From IMG/VR virus record IMGVR_UViG_3300020045_003089, positions 1-41,318 of that record: DNA of 41,318 nt; one strand, given 5' to 3'. Position numbers and translations under genes: made by a program. The stretch is from a virus (taxonomy: Duplodnaviria; Caudoviricetes). Positions 27,753 to 36,820 of the stretch are shown in pieces (the first letter of the stretch is position 1; each line of letters opens with the position of its first letter). The notes under the pieces were generated by a model. It searched no databases and was not told the DNA's origin. It was given only the letters and a program-made list of their open reading frames with translations.

Positions 27753-28382
27753 ATGTTAAATCAACCAAGTCAACCTAATAATCCACAGCGAAGGCCACGA
27801 GATATAGTGGCTGGTTTAGCACAAAAGACTCAACAAGTCCTACGTAGACCAAAGGAGATTGTTTCTGGCTTACTTAACACCAAGATGTCTACTGTTAATC
27901 AACAGCTAGACCAAGTTCCAGTCTTAGGCCAGGTAAGACAATTCAATCAGAAATATATAAATCCACCTCAACCTCAACAGGATAAAGTCTTTAACATGGC
28001 CACTAACTTTGGCCCAGCAAGCATGGGGAAGATTGCTCCAAAAGCTATGAATCGTATAGGAGAACTTTTACCAGAAGAAAAAATATTACCAGGAATTAAA
28101 AGTACACTTAAGAATCTCGGAGGACTCGTAAGTAAGGCTAGTAAAGAACAAGCTGATGAACTAATGGAACTATCTAATAGATTGAGAAGAAAGAACTGGT
28201 CTGCGGAAGATTTAGAATATGCAGAAAATCTAGTTAGAAACAATACTCCTCAGAGATTAACTAAGGGATTTACAATTGAAAGATTAGGTCAGGCTAAAGA
28301 TAATACGGTAGAAAAATTAAAAGAGTTCTATGGCAAAACTAGAAGAGGTTTTGGCACAGGAGCTGGCAGAGGTAAAAAATGA
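27753..28382 (+). CDS. Hypothetical (possible ejection-related) protein
   Basis: 209 aa, Q/P/K-rich. Confidence 0.6.
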   Translation: MLNQPSQPNNPQRRPRDIVAGLAQKTQQVLRRPKEIVSGLLNTKMSTVNQQLDQVPVLGQVRQFNQKYINPPQPQQDKVFNMATNFGPASMGKIAPKAMNRIGELLPEEKILPGIKSTLKNLGGLVSKASKEQADELMELSNRLRRKNWSAEDLEYAENLVRNNTPQRLTKGFTIERLGQAKDNTVEKLKEFYGKTRRGFGTGAGRGKK

Positions 28383-28383
28383 C

Positions 28384-28659
28384 ATGGAATTAAACGACCA
28401 GTTTACAATATTAACTGCAATAGCTGGTATCATCACTGGTTTTTTCGCTCTAGTGAGGTACATAGTCTCAAAAGTGGGTGGTATGCATAAAGAGTTATTA
28501 GATCATTTGGAGAAGAAAAATGGTATTATTGAGAGAATATCAAAGGAATTTTCACATACACTCTCAGAGACTATGAGAGAAAATAATCTAGCTATAAATG
28601 GCATGAAAAAGTCGGTAGATGAACTTAATTTATCTTTAGTAAAAAAAAAGTTAAAATAA
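28384..28659 (+). CDS. Single-TM plus coiled-coil protein (holin/spanin-like; start probably 28384)
   Basis: FTILTAIAGIITGFFALVRYIV followed by a coiled coil. Confidence 0.6.
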   Translation: MELNDQFTILTAIAGIITGFFALVRYIVSKVGGMHKELLDHLEKKNGIIERISKEFSHTLSETMRENNLAINGMKKSVDELNLSLVKKKLK

Positions 28660-28663
28660 TACT

Positions 28664-28996
28664 ATGAACCCAGAAGAACTACAACAAGATATGACTCCAG
28701 ATGAATCAGCGGCTGTTCTGAGCCTTATTACTGAAATGAGCCAGGGATTGATGCCACAAGCTCCCCAGGATGACGCTCAAGGCTCTATTATTGCCCCAGG
28801 TGAAGAGATGCCACAAAAACAGGGTAATATGGCACAGAAAAAGAAAGAACCTACTGTAGAGCCAGATAACGACGAAGAAATGGGCGAGGAATTAGAATCC
28901 ATTAAAGACGAGATAGCCTCATTAAGAGACGAGATTAAAGAAGCTTTAAGTGAAACTTCAGAAGAAACAGAAGAAGAAAAAGCCGATGGCCAATAA
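28664..28996 (+). CDS. Acidic hypothetical protein
   Basis: 110 aa, E/D-rich. Confidence 0.65.
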   Translation: MNPEELQQDMTPDESAAVLSLITEMSQGLMPQAPQDDAQGSIIAPGEEMPQKQGNMAQKKKEPTVEPDNDEEMGEELESIKDEIASLRDEIKEALSETSEETEEEKADGQ

Positions 28997-30722
28997 AGAT
29001 AAACTAAAATTATTATTAGATAAGTTAAGTGAGCTAGAGAATTCCTTACCAGGAGGAGAAGTTTTAGGTATGGCGGATAGGATTATAGATGAGAAATACA
29101 AAGAGATAACCTCTAAGGTAAAAGAAGACTCGTCTATTAAGATGTTAGGCGAGATAAGCGGTAAGATTAACCGATTTAAGAGAGATTTTAATCTTAAGCC
29201 TATTCTAAAGCAGTTAGATGATTTTCAGGCGCTATTTGATCAGATGCACGAGTCTATTGTCTCTCAATTTGAGGAGACATCGCAGTCATCAGAAAACACT
29301 AGAAACGAGCTGGAAAGTCTTATAAAAAGTTCTAGCGAGAATTTGACTAAGATGACAGCTAAAGAATTAAAAGCTGTTCTGCAAAGGCTCGATAGCCTAG
29401 AAAATCAATTCTCATTTGAAAGCGAAGGCTCTAAGAATGACAAAAAGAGCCTTAAAGAAGTCATCGATGGACTAGAAAGTAAACTTACTAGCCTAGTAGA
29501 TGATTTTAAAAAATCCAGTACCGAGAGCCAGGGTAATAGAGCAGATATTGAATCAAGACTAAAAGAACGTGGCGAATCCATCACTAAGTTACAAGAAGAG
29601 CTAGAGACATTACGCAAAGACACTATGTCCAAAATAGCAGGTCTTGGTGGCGGAAGTATGAATCGACAGATTAATGTCAATTCTTCTGTCATGTCTTCTA
29701 AGTATACGGATATTAACTTCCAACAAGGAGGTAATATTGGCTGGTCAGTATCAGATGACGACACTAATAAAAGAGTGAATATACGAGCGTCAATCCTAGC
29801 AGGAGGTGGCGGAGCGGGAACACCTGGCGGTAATAATACGGAAATTCAATTTAACGATGGCGGTAGTTTTGGTGGAGCTTCAGTTCTAGGTTGGGATAAA
29901 AATGCTTCTATATTATCACTTGGTAGTGGTTCAGCTAGGAAATTCCAGATATTAGCTAGGGGAGGGACAAATGACCAAGTATTACATTTATGGAATTCCA
30001 GTGTCACATCTACTTTTATATTTCAAGTTACGGGTCCAGCCTCTAGTGATACTAATACTGGTAAGGCCTTCGCTTTCATTGTTGAGGGTGATGCAAACGC
30101 TAGAGGTGCATTCTATACTGATGGGAAATATGGTATGGGACCAGGTTCTGCTACTAGAGATGTTTTTTTCTCGAGACCAGCAGGTGGTACTTTTAGAATT
30201 TCTAGTGATGCTGTTCTAGGTGGTGCTAATCTTCATGTAACATCGAGTATCGCAACTGGAGTTCAAGGTTCAGTAACTGGAGCCTTAGTCTTTAATGGTA
30301 GGACCAGTCAAAATGTTAAAATACAACCAGCTTCAATAGCGGGCAATTGGACTCTTACCTTACCGAGCGTTGCGGGTAGTACGGGTCAATATCTTCAAAC
30401 CGATGGCAATGGTACCACTCAGTGGGCTTCGGTAGCTTCAGGTGGGGTTAGTCGTACCGTCAGCGTTCTGTCAGTCAGCTCCACTCTAGCGGCCAGCGCT
30501 GGAGTGGATTATGTTTTCTTCCCAAATGTTGGCATTAATTTAACTCTACCGACAGCTATTAGTAACACTAATAGATATTCTATTAAGAATATGTCGGCTT
30601 CCAGTATTTTAGTCTCAGCAGCTACAGGTCAAAATATTGATGGTAATACAGATATAGTTCTTTCAACTCAATATGCAGCGGTCGACCTAATGAGTAATAA
30701 CAGTGTTTGGGGAATATTCTAA
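28986..30722 (+). CDS. Tail fibre-like protein: N-terminal coiled coil plus beta-rich fibre (start probably 28986)
   Basis: GTPGGNNTEIQFNDGGSFGG, LTLP..AG..GQYLQTDGNG..W, LTLPTA...RYSIKN fibre repeats. Confidence 0.8.
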   Translation: MANKDKLKLLLDKLSELENSLPGGEVLGMADRIIDEKYKEITSKVKEDSSIKMLGEISGKINRFKRDFNLKPILKQLDDFQALFDQMHESIVSQFEETSQSSENTRNELESLIKSSSENLTKMTAKELKAVLQRLDSLENQFSFESEGSKNDKKSLKEVIDGLESKLTSLVDDFKKSSTESQGNRADIESRLKERGESITKLQEELETLRKDTMSKIAGLGGGSMNRQINVNSSVMSSKYTDINFQQGGNIGWSVSDDDTNKRVNIRASILAGGGGAGTPGGNNTEIQFNDGGSFGGASVLGWDKNASILSLGSGSARKFQILARGGTNDQVLHLWNSSVTSTFIFQVTGPASSDTNTGKAFAFIVEGDANARGAFYTDGKYGMGPGSATRDVFFSRPAGGTFRISSDAVLGGANLHVTSSIATGVQGSVTGALVFNGRTSQNVKIQPASIAGNWTLTLPSVAGSTGQYLQTDGNGTTQWASVASGGVSRTVSVLSVSSTLAASAGVDYVFFPNVGINLTLPTAISNTNRYSIKNMSASSILVSAATGQNIDGNTDIVLSTQYAAVDLMSNNSVWGIF

Positions 30723-32803
30723 TGGCATTACTTTATAGAGGAATAGATACAATGGGTCTTACGAAAGACTTAATGCGACAAGCTGATCCTACCACTCGAA
30801 TGGACAACCATTTAGGTACTATTCATACTGACTTTCCGACAGTTAACTTAATAGGTATCTCATTTGTAAATAACACTCAGGCTGAGACTGCAACTGCCGG
30901 TGTATCAGCTTTTAACGAGGAACCCTGGACTCGTAAAAATAGGTGGATGGATAAAATCCATGCTCTTGGGATGAATGTATTAGATAGAGCAACAGATTGT
31001 ACATTCGAGGGTTTATACGATTTTTCAAAAGTCGATAGACGAAATGGAAATAGATATACCTATTTTGCTACACCTATAACAGATAATTTTGATTCAGATG
31101 CGAGTCGTGACCATGGCTATGGCTTAACTTCAGCGGCTGGTAATATCTCAACTAATTACTTGACCTCTCACCAGGCAAGTAATAGTTGGTCCATAGTCTC
31201 AGATGAACTTACGGGTCCAGCGGCTAGTGGTTGGGTAAGGACAATTCTTTTTAATGCAAATAATCTAGGGAATTTAACAGCCACGGCTCTAGTTAAAAAA
31301 GTTGGACATCAGCAGTTAGTAATCAGAGCAACTACCGATTCGAACTTTCCTGGCTATGGTTTACAGATGAGAGATACAAATGTTCTCCGTATCGAAAGAC
31401 CTGGCTTAGCTAGTCTAGGCGAAGTCCCAAAAACTTGGGTATCAGGTGAATATTATTGGTTAAAACTCCAAGCGATTGGGTCAGCTATTAAGGGGAAAGC
31501 TTGGGCAGCTGCATCTGGAACAGAAACTTTTGAAGCAGGTCAACTAACAGAACCTGGTACTTGGGATATAGAGGTTACGGACACAACCTATCCAAGCACT
31601 GGGACACGATATGTAGGATTTTCTGGTGAGTCTGATACTGGTAAATTTAGATATCTATATATCAAACCTGAAAAAGACTCAAATACATGGTTGGCTCGCT
31701 ATTTAGATAAAGTTGTCGAGAATATGAGCCATTATCAATCTGGCGATATCCTATCACCTTACCCAGAAGCAACAGCTCACTACCCCCTAACTAATGAGGG
31801 TACATATGTTAGATTTTTTTCTGATGTCAATTACTGTGTTACAAGACTAGGGGTGGAAAATGGGAAAACCTTAAAGGGTGGATTTGTTGGTCATCTGTTC
31901 ACTGCCGCTCTACAGGGTACTTTTAATTCTCTTTATACAACCGTTGGAACAGCTACTTATGACCACTATGGAACATCAATAGGAAGAGGAAAAGTTTTTG
32001 GTTCATTCTCTAATGATAGTGGAGCGGCGGGAACACAAACCTACACTGTCCCTACCTCTATCACCGAGGATGCTACTAATAGGCAAGACTTCATACCAGA
32101 AAAAGTAGCCTATAATAAACAGATAAGAGTTAATGTGACTGATAAGGGTACTGGTAGTTTGACTATGACTATACATGGTCCCGACGGAAACCCTGTTAAA
32201 ATGTACGACAATACTGACCTGTCTATATCTAATAATAGCTATCAAGCAACTATAACTAATGGCAATTTAGTAGTTGGATGGAATGACTTTTTAATTGATT
32301 GGGTAAACTTAGATACTGACCAAACACACCACTTCCATTTAACATCTTCAGACGGAACAGTGGTTGTAAAGACGACAACTGCGGGTGATCTAAATACTTG
32401 TTCCTGTATTGGCTATAAGTGGCATGCCACACCCGAAGCTTATGAGATTGACATTAGAAACATGTATCTAAAAAGTGGAGTCCCTCAGTTTATTCAGGAA
32501 TGGGGGGATTACTGGTCAACTAATGCTTCCCTAACTGATCCAGTATTAGATGAAGCAGAACATACACAGTATCTAACTGACTTCTATACAATGTTACAGA
32601 GATTAGTTGACGACGGGATTTTGGTTGGGTTTAATTACTGGAGATCAGGCTTTGGCGTAGAGGGTATATATAACAACGCTTCCGGCCCTGGTTATACCTA
32701 TACTCTCCAGTATAATGGAGAGCCATTGCAAGACTTCTTTAATGCTAATACTGAGATTCCGCCCGACGTAGTGATAAGTTATTTTGCTTTTGTTTTTTCG
32801 TAA
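30722..32803 (+). CDS. Tail-associated glycoside-hydrolase-like protein with inserted beta-sandwich domains (start probably 30722)
   Basis: GIDTM..TKD, W.DKIH..G.NV..R, PYPE, FIQEWGDYW, LVGFNYW resemble a clan GH-A barrel; lectin-like insert YWLKLQAIGSAIKGKAW. Confidence 0.55.
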   Translation: MALLYRGIDTMGLTKDLMRQADPTTRMDNHLGTIHTDFPTVNLIGISFVNNTQAETATAGVSAFNEEPWTRKNRWMDKIHALGMNVLDRATDCTFEGLYDFSKVDRRNGNRYTYFATPITDNFDSDASRDHGYGLTSAAGNISTNYLTSHQASNSWSIVSDELTGPAASGWVRTILFNANNLGNLTATALVKKVGHQQLVIRATTDSNFPGYGLQMRDTNVLRIERPGLASLGEVPKTWVSGEYYWLKLQAIGSAIKGKAWAAASGTETFEAGQLTEPGTWDIEVTDTTYPSTGTRYVGFSGESDTGKFRYLYIKPEKDSNTWLARYLDKVVENMSHYQSGDILSPYPEATAHYPLTNEGTYVRFFSDVNYCVTRLGVENGKTLKGGFVGHLFTAALQGTFNSLYTTVGTATYDHYGTSIGRGKVFGSFSNDSGAAGTQTYTVPTSITEDATNRQDFIPEKVAYNKQIRVNVTDKGTGSLTMTIHGPDGNPVKMYDNTDLSISNNSYQATITNGNLVVGWNDFLIDWVNLDTDQTHHFHLTSSDGTVVVKTTTAGDLNTCSCIGYKWHATPEAYEIDIRNMYLKSGVPQFIQEWGDYWSTNASLTDPVLDEAEHTQYLTDFYTMLQRLVDDGILVGFNYWRSGFGVEGIYNNASGPGYTYTLQYNGEPLQDFFNANTEIPPDVVISYFAFVFS

Positions 32804-32824
32804 AAATAGTATAATTATATAAAT

Positions 32825-33628
32825 ATGGCATACGATCCATTTCCATTAGGCCAAAAACCTATGAGTTCATCCAGAGGTGTAGTAATAGCCTCTGACCAAT
32901 CACCAGTATCAGTAACTGGTACTCTTTCAGTTTTAGGAACCGTCCCTACAACTCAAAGCGGTATTTCAATCACTTCGATGTTCAGCGTCACCCCATCGAG
33001 TGTCCAAGTTGGAGCCTCTATATTCGGTCAACTACCAGGTGGTACTGCGTTATTAGGTTCAGTCGCTGTATTACAAGGAACTAATCCTTGGAATATTAGT
33101 TCTATCTATGGAAACATAGGTGGCTCGGTACTTTCTCAACAAATGGGTACTCGTACTACATCAGTCGTTGGTAGTATCCCTTCAAGCCTACTTACTGGCA
33201 ATTATGGCTTTAGAAACGATAACGTCGCCTCTTTCTTGGGAGGTAATCTAAGTTGGAATCAGATCGCCACCGATTCGGCAGGAAGGACACTTTCAAAACC
33301 TTTCGCAGCTGAAGAAGCAAGAGTTGAAGGTTATCATTCGGTCGTTAGTACGAGCGTGACTACCTTAGTTGCTGCGGCTGGAACAGGATTAAGGAATTAT
33401 ATAACTGATTTCTTTATTGTAAATAGTGGAGGCGTAACTACACCTATAACCTTTCAAGACGGGGCAGGTTCTATACTAGGTTATACAATCGCTCCAGCCT
33501 ATGGAGGTTCAAATGCAACTAATATTACTACCCCCATTAGAACAGGTGCCAACGCAAGTTTTGACTTCGTGCCTACCTTTGCGTCTTCGATAATTTATGC
33601 AACGGTAAAAGGATATAAAGCACCCTAG
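32825..33628 (+). CDS. Ser/Thr/Gly-rich virion protein
   Basis: LGQK.M..S..VVIASDQS, QGTNPW, LVAAAGTGLRNYITD; 15 S-[VI] motifs. Confidence 0.75.
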   Translation: MAYDPFPLGQKPMSSSRGVVIASDQSPVSVTGTLSVLGTVPTTQSGISITSMFSVTPSSVQVGASIFGQLPGGTALLGSVAVLQGTNPWNISSIYGNIGGSVLSQQMGTRTTSVVGSIPSSLLTGNYGFRNDNVASFLGGNLSWNQIATDSAGRTLSKPFAAEEARVEGYHSVVSTSVTTLVAAAGTGLRNYITDFFIVNSGGVTTPITFQDGAGSILGYTIAPAYGGSNATNITTPIRTGANASFDFVPTFASSIIYATVKGYKAP

Positions 33629-33631
33629 ACA

Positions 33632-33934
33632 ATGATAAATTGGAGATTACAACTAGAATTAAGAAAAACTGATGATGTTATTCAAGGGCTTCCGAAAAAT
33701 AACCTTTTATCGAGGATTATTTTAACAGAATATATGGACGTACCTAATATGAAAGCATATGATATCTTATTTAAGAATAAAACAGATATGACAGATTTTT
33801 TTGATAAGTTTAAAACTTTTATCTCAGGTAAAGATATACACGGAAGAATTAGTATACATTCTTGTAATCACGCTGATAATGAACCAGGGAAAGAAGATTG
33901 TAGTAATTTAGATTATAAAACTTTAATTTTCTAA
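33632..33934 (+). CDS. Hypothetical protein
   Basis: 100-aa ORF in tight operon. Confidence 0.65.
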   Translation: MINWRLQLELRKTDDVIQGLPKNNLLSRIILTEYMDVPNMKAYDILFKNKTDMTDFFDKFKTFISGKDIHGRISIHSCNHADNEPGKEDCSNLDYKTLIF

Positions 33935-33935
33935 T

Positions 33936-34640
33936 ATGAGTAGAAGATTCGATGGAATAGACGATTATATATCTTGTGGGGATGCAACAGCCATCCAAAA
34001 TCTTACCGTAGTAACCTACTCCTGTTGGTTTTATCTTGATGCTTTCACAACTGCTGCAGGTATGCGTATGGCTGGTAAGCTAGATTCTTTTAATATCGTA
34101 GATACGGGAGGCCCAGTTGGGTATACTAATGACACAATTCAATTCTTTTCATTTTGGAGTGGCACTGATGGCTCTTGGTACGGAGCTGATAATAGTGTAA
34201 CGACTGGAGTCTGGACTCATGCGGCAGTCACATATGATGCCTCAGCTACTACAAATTCTCCTGTAATCTATGTTAATGGTTCTCCTATATCGATTAGCGC
34301 AGGGGCAACACCTACTGGAACACACGATAATGATGGTGGAAATAATTTTGATATAGGGAATAACGCAACACCTGGTGTGAGACCATTCGATGGGGAACTT
34401 GCAGAAGTTGGATATTGGAACAGGGCATTAACAGCAGCGGAAATAACTTTACTATCTAAGGGGTACTCTCCTTTATCCATCCCTAATGGGTTAAGACTCT
34501 ATTATCCACTTAAGGGACTGTATGGGGTGGAACAAAATCTTATTGATCGATCTAATGGAACTATCACAGGAGCCGTTCTAGCTCCTAGCCCTAAGATAAC
34601 CTATCCTAATAAATTATCTCTTTTAGGCGTAGGTACATAA
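33936..34640 (+). CDS. LamG/concanavalin A-like lectin domain protein
   Basis: FDGIDDYI, TYSCWF, WTHAAVTYD, IYVNG, FDGELAEV..WNRALTAAEI. Confidence 0.92.
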   Translation: MSRRFDGIDDYISCGDATAIQNLTVVTYSCWFYLDAFTTAAGMRMAGKLDSFNIVDTGGPVGYTNDTIQFFSFWSGTDGSWYGADNSVTTGVWTHAAVTYDASATTNSPVIYVNGSPISISAGATPTGTHDNDGGNNFDIGNNATPGVRPFDGELAEVGYWNRALTAAEITLLSKGYSPLSIPNGLRLYYPLKGLYGVEQNLIDRSNGTITGAVLAPSPKITYPNKLSLLGVGT

Positions 34641-34641
34641 T

Positions 34642-35328
34642 ATGAAACTATATACACCAACTAGAAAAACAGTCTGGGGTCAGATAAATACCCTAGAAGA
34701 TTTTAAAAAACACGTAGCTAGGTCTGGGCAGTTCTTTGGTGAGGATAAGTCAGGTCCAGCTTGTGAATTTAACCCAGCTTATCCATGCGATAAGACTCTA
34801 TATCAATTCTTGGGTCTTAAAGGTCATAACGGCATAGATATCCCAGTAGTAACTGGGACAGAGATAATAGCCTCTCATAATGGAGTCGTCTGGAATACTA
34901 TAAAGGATGGTGCAGGCGGCCTCTGGGTAGAGCTATGGGACGATATGCAACTCTTAAGAACCTATTATGGACACCTCAGAGAATTTAAAGTCACTAAAGG
35001 CCAAAGAGTAAAAGCAGGAGATGTGTTAGCAATATCAAATAATACAGGGTTATCAAAAGGTCCCCATTTACATTGGGGCTTAAAGCAAACTGACGATAAG
35101 GGTAATTCCATTGAATTAAACAATGGCTTTAACGGGGCCATAGACCCTTTACCTTATCTGACGTTTTTTAAAGACATGACAGAATCAGAAGTTAAGAGAT
35201 TGTATGTGTTAGCGTTTTATAGGTTACCAGATGCGGGGGAATTAGGCTACTGGTCTGGGCGAGAGCTATTAGAGTTTTTAACGGTAGCGATTAAGGACAG
35301 GGCGGAGTTCTTAAAAGAGAATAACTGA
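34642..35328 (+). CDS. M23 family peptidase (endolysin)
   Basis: HNGID, YGHL, V..GQRVKAGD, NTGLS.GPHLH, IDPLPY. Confidence 0.93.
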   Translation: MKLYTPTRKTVWGQINTLEDFKKHVARSGQFFGEDKSGPACEFNPAYPCDKTLYQFLGLKGHNGIDIPVVTGTEIIASHNGVVWNTIKDGAGGLWVELWDDMQLLRTYYGHLREFKVTKGQRVKAGDVLAISNNTGLSKGPHLHWGLKQTDDKGNSIELNNGFNGAIDPLPYLTFFKDMTESEVKRLYVLAFYRLPDAGELGYWSGRELLEFLTVAIKDRAEFLKENN

Positions 35329-35800
35329 GCTTGTGGCGGTCCATTTTCTGATGGCAAGATTTACAGAGTTGAGCCCAAGTATTCACGTCTCTCTCATATC
35401 TGTCGTCTAAGTTGGCCCAATCAAAGTGGCGGGATTTACCAGGACAATTAATATTCCAACAAGATAGTGCAGGACCATATTTTTTAACAATCCATTTATG
35501 TGTTGAGGAATAGCCTCCACCTTTATAAGAGCGGAGTTTAGGATTAATTAAGTGTGCATGACGACATTTTAGGGAACAATATTTTTTACGATCTTTGAGG
35601 CACCTGTATGTCTTAAAAGTAGTTAGGCAGAATAAACAAACTTTAGATATACTAGAGTTTTTATAAAAATGATTATCCTCTCCAAATTTTGTCCTAATCT
35701 TAGTTAAACACTTTCTAGAGCAACAAGGTCGCCTATTGATTAGTTGGGATGGATACCTTAAAATAACGGTATTACATACTGAGCAATTTGTTTTTACCAT
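35291..35800 (-). CDS. Zn-finger plus HNH-like homing endonuclease-type protein (antisense, leaderless)
   Basis: CSVC..CSRKC, CLFC..YCSLKC, Y...HKWI...YG, DWAN, LCKSCH; TG-T-TATAAT 6 nt before ATG on the - strand. Confidence 0.8.
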   Translation of the reverse strand: MVKTNCSVCNTVILRYPSQLINRRPCCSRKCLTKIRTKFGEDNHFYKNSSISKVCLFCLTTFKTYRCLKDRKKYCSLKCRHAHLINPKLRSYKGGGYSSTHKWIVKKYGPALSCWNINCPGKSRHFDWANLDDRYERDVNTWAQLCKSCHQKMDRHKLSYSLLRTPPCP

Positions 35801-35851
35801 AAGTTAATTATAACATATGGGGAAACCATTGCAGTAATTTTTTACAACAAA

Positions 35852-36097
35852 ATGACTAAAAATTATCCAGCGTTCTTCGCCTCGTCAATTGATCCAAAGT
35901 CGTTAGCTCTTACCTGGAAAGGTATAGCTGTGGCGGTGATACCTAGCTTAATAGTAGTTGCTAGGATGTTTGGATTTGATTTGATGGAGAAAGACCTAAT
36001 AGAGATAGTAGAACAAATGACAGTTATACTATCTTCAACAATGGTATTAGTAGGTCTGTTTAGGAAGTTAGCAGTAGCTTTAGGGATATATAAGTAA
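35852..36097 (+). CDS. Holin-like two-TM protein
   Basis: SS.DPK.LALTWKG, two hydrophobic helices, GLFRK; located in the lysis module. Confidence 0.7.
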   Translation: MTKNYPAFFASSIDPKSLALTWKGIAVAVIPSLIVVARMFGFDLMEKDLIEIVEQMTVILSSTMVLVGLFRKLAVALGIYK

Positions 36098-36126
36098 TTG
36101 AAATTTTGACTAAAAAGTGCTAAGAT
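36098..36126 (+). promoter_or_regulatory. Sigma70-type promoter
   Basis: TTGAAA (36098), 17 bp, TG-c-TAAGAT (36121). Confidence 0.55.
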
Positions 36127-36132
36127 ATAAGG

Positions 36133-36154
36133 GCCTCCTTCACGGAGGCTTTTT
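36133..36154 (+). terminator. Rho-independent terminator-like hairpin
   Basis: GCCTCC-TTCAC-GGAGGC-TTTTT. Confidence 0.75.
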
Positions 36155-36580
36155 ATTGATACAAAACTAATATGGGTTCTCTGCTTGATACTTGTTGGTG
36201 GGGCTTGGCCTGTAATCGCTCAGACTCCAACTACCTCAAGTATGCCCGAACTATATGTCCGTGAGAAGTATGTTGAACTGCCTAAGAAAGTAGTGATAGA
36301 CTATGACCCAGGGTCATGCGTCTCGTTTGTTAAGTGGATAACTGGAACGCCCCAGGAAGTCTTATGGGGCAATGCTTGGGATATTAAACCTCAATACTAT
36401 GAGCCAAAGTCCGAGGGCTTAGTCCTTACTAGAGATGGTCGAGGACACATAGCTTATTATAAGCTCTACGGAGACTACCTAATATTAACCGAGGCTAACT
36501 TCATCCCAGGTCAGGTATCTACAAGAATTATATCTGTGGATAGTAAAACCATACGAGGCTACACAGACCCGATAAAATAG
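36155..36580 (+). CDS. Secreted CHAP-like peptidoglycan hydrolase (start uncertain: ATT 36155 or TTG 36185)
   Basis: SCVSFVK, WGNAWD, GHIAY, EANF (Cys-His-Glu CHAP pattern); signal-peptide-like N-terminus. Confidence 0.75.
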   Translation: MDTKLIWVLCLILVGGAWPVIAQTPTTSSMPELYVREKYVELPKKVVIDYDPGSCVSFVKWITGTPQEVLWGNAWDIKPQYYEPKSEGLVLTRDGRGHIAYYKLYGDYLILTEANFIPGQVSTRIISVDSKTIRGYTDPIK

Positions 36581-36593
36581 TGTATACTATTGG

Positions 36594-36655
36594 CAACAAC
36601 CTTTAATACAAAGGTGTTGTTTTTTCAGAAGTCCTGGCTACGGCTAGGACTTTTT
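36594..36655 (+). terminator. Two tandem terminator hairpins
   Basis: CAACAACCTTT/AAAGGTGTTG+T-run; AAGTCCTGGC-TACG-GCTAGGACTT+T-run (cUACGg loop). Confidence 0.75.
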
Positions 36656-36657
36656 GA

Positions 36658-36701
36658 TTATCCACAATACTCTTCTATTCTAGTCAAAGATATGGTATAG
36701 T
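36658..36701 (+). promoter_or_regulatory. DnaA box plus extended -10 promoter
   Basis: TTATCCACA 36658-36666; TG-g-TATAGT 36696-36701. Confidence 0.6.
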
Positions 36702-36759
36702 ATATCTAATGATTAGTTCACAAGCCAATCAGATGATACAACTAAAAGGACGCTTTTGT

Positions 36760-36792
36760 GCTCTCTTAACCAACTCGGTAGAGAGCTTTTTC
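36760..36792 (+). terminator. Terminator-like hairpin
   Basis: GCTCTCT...AGAGAGC-TTTTT. Confidence 0.55.
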
Positions 36793-36820
36793 TTTATGTG
36801 AAAAAAATATTATTAATACT

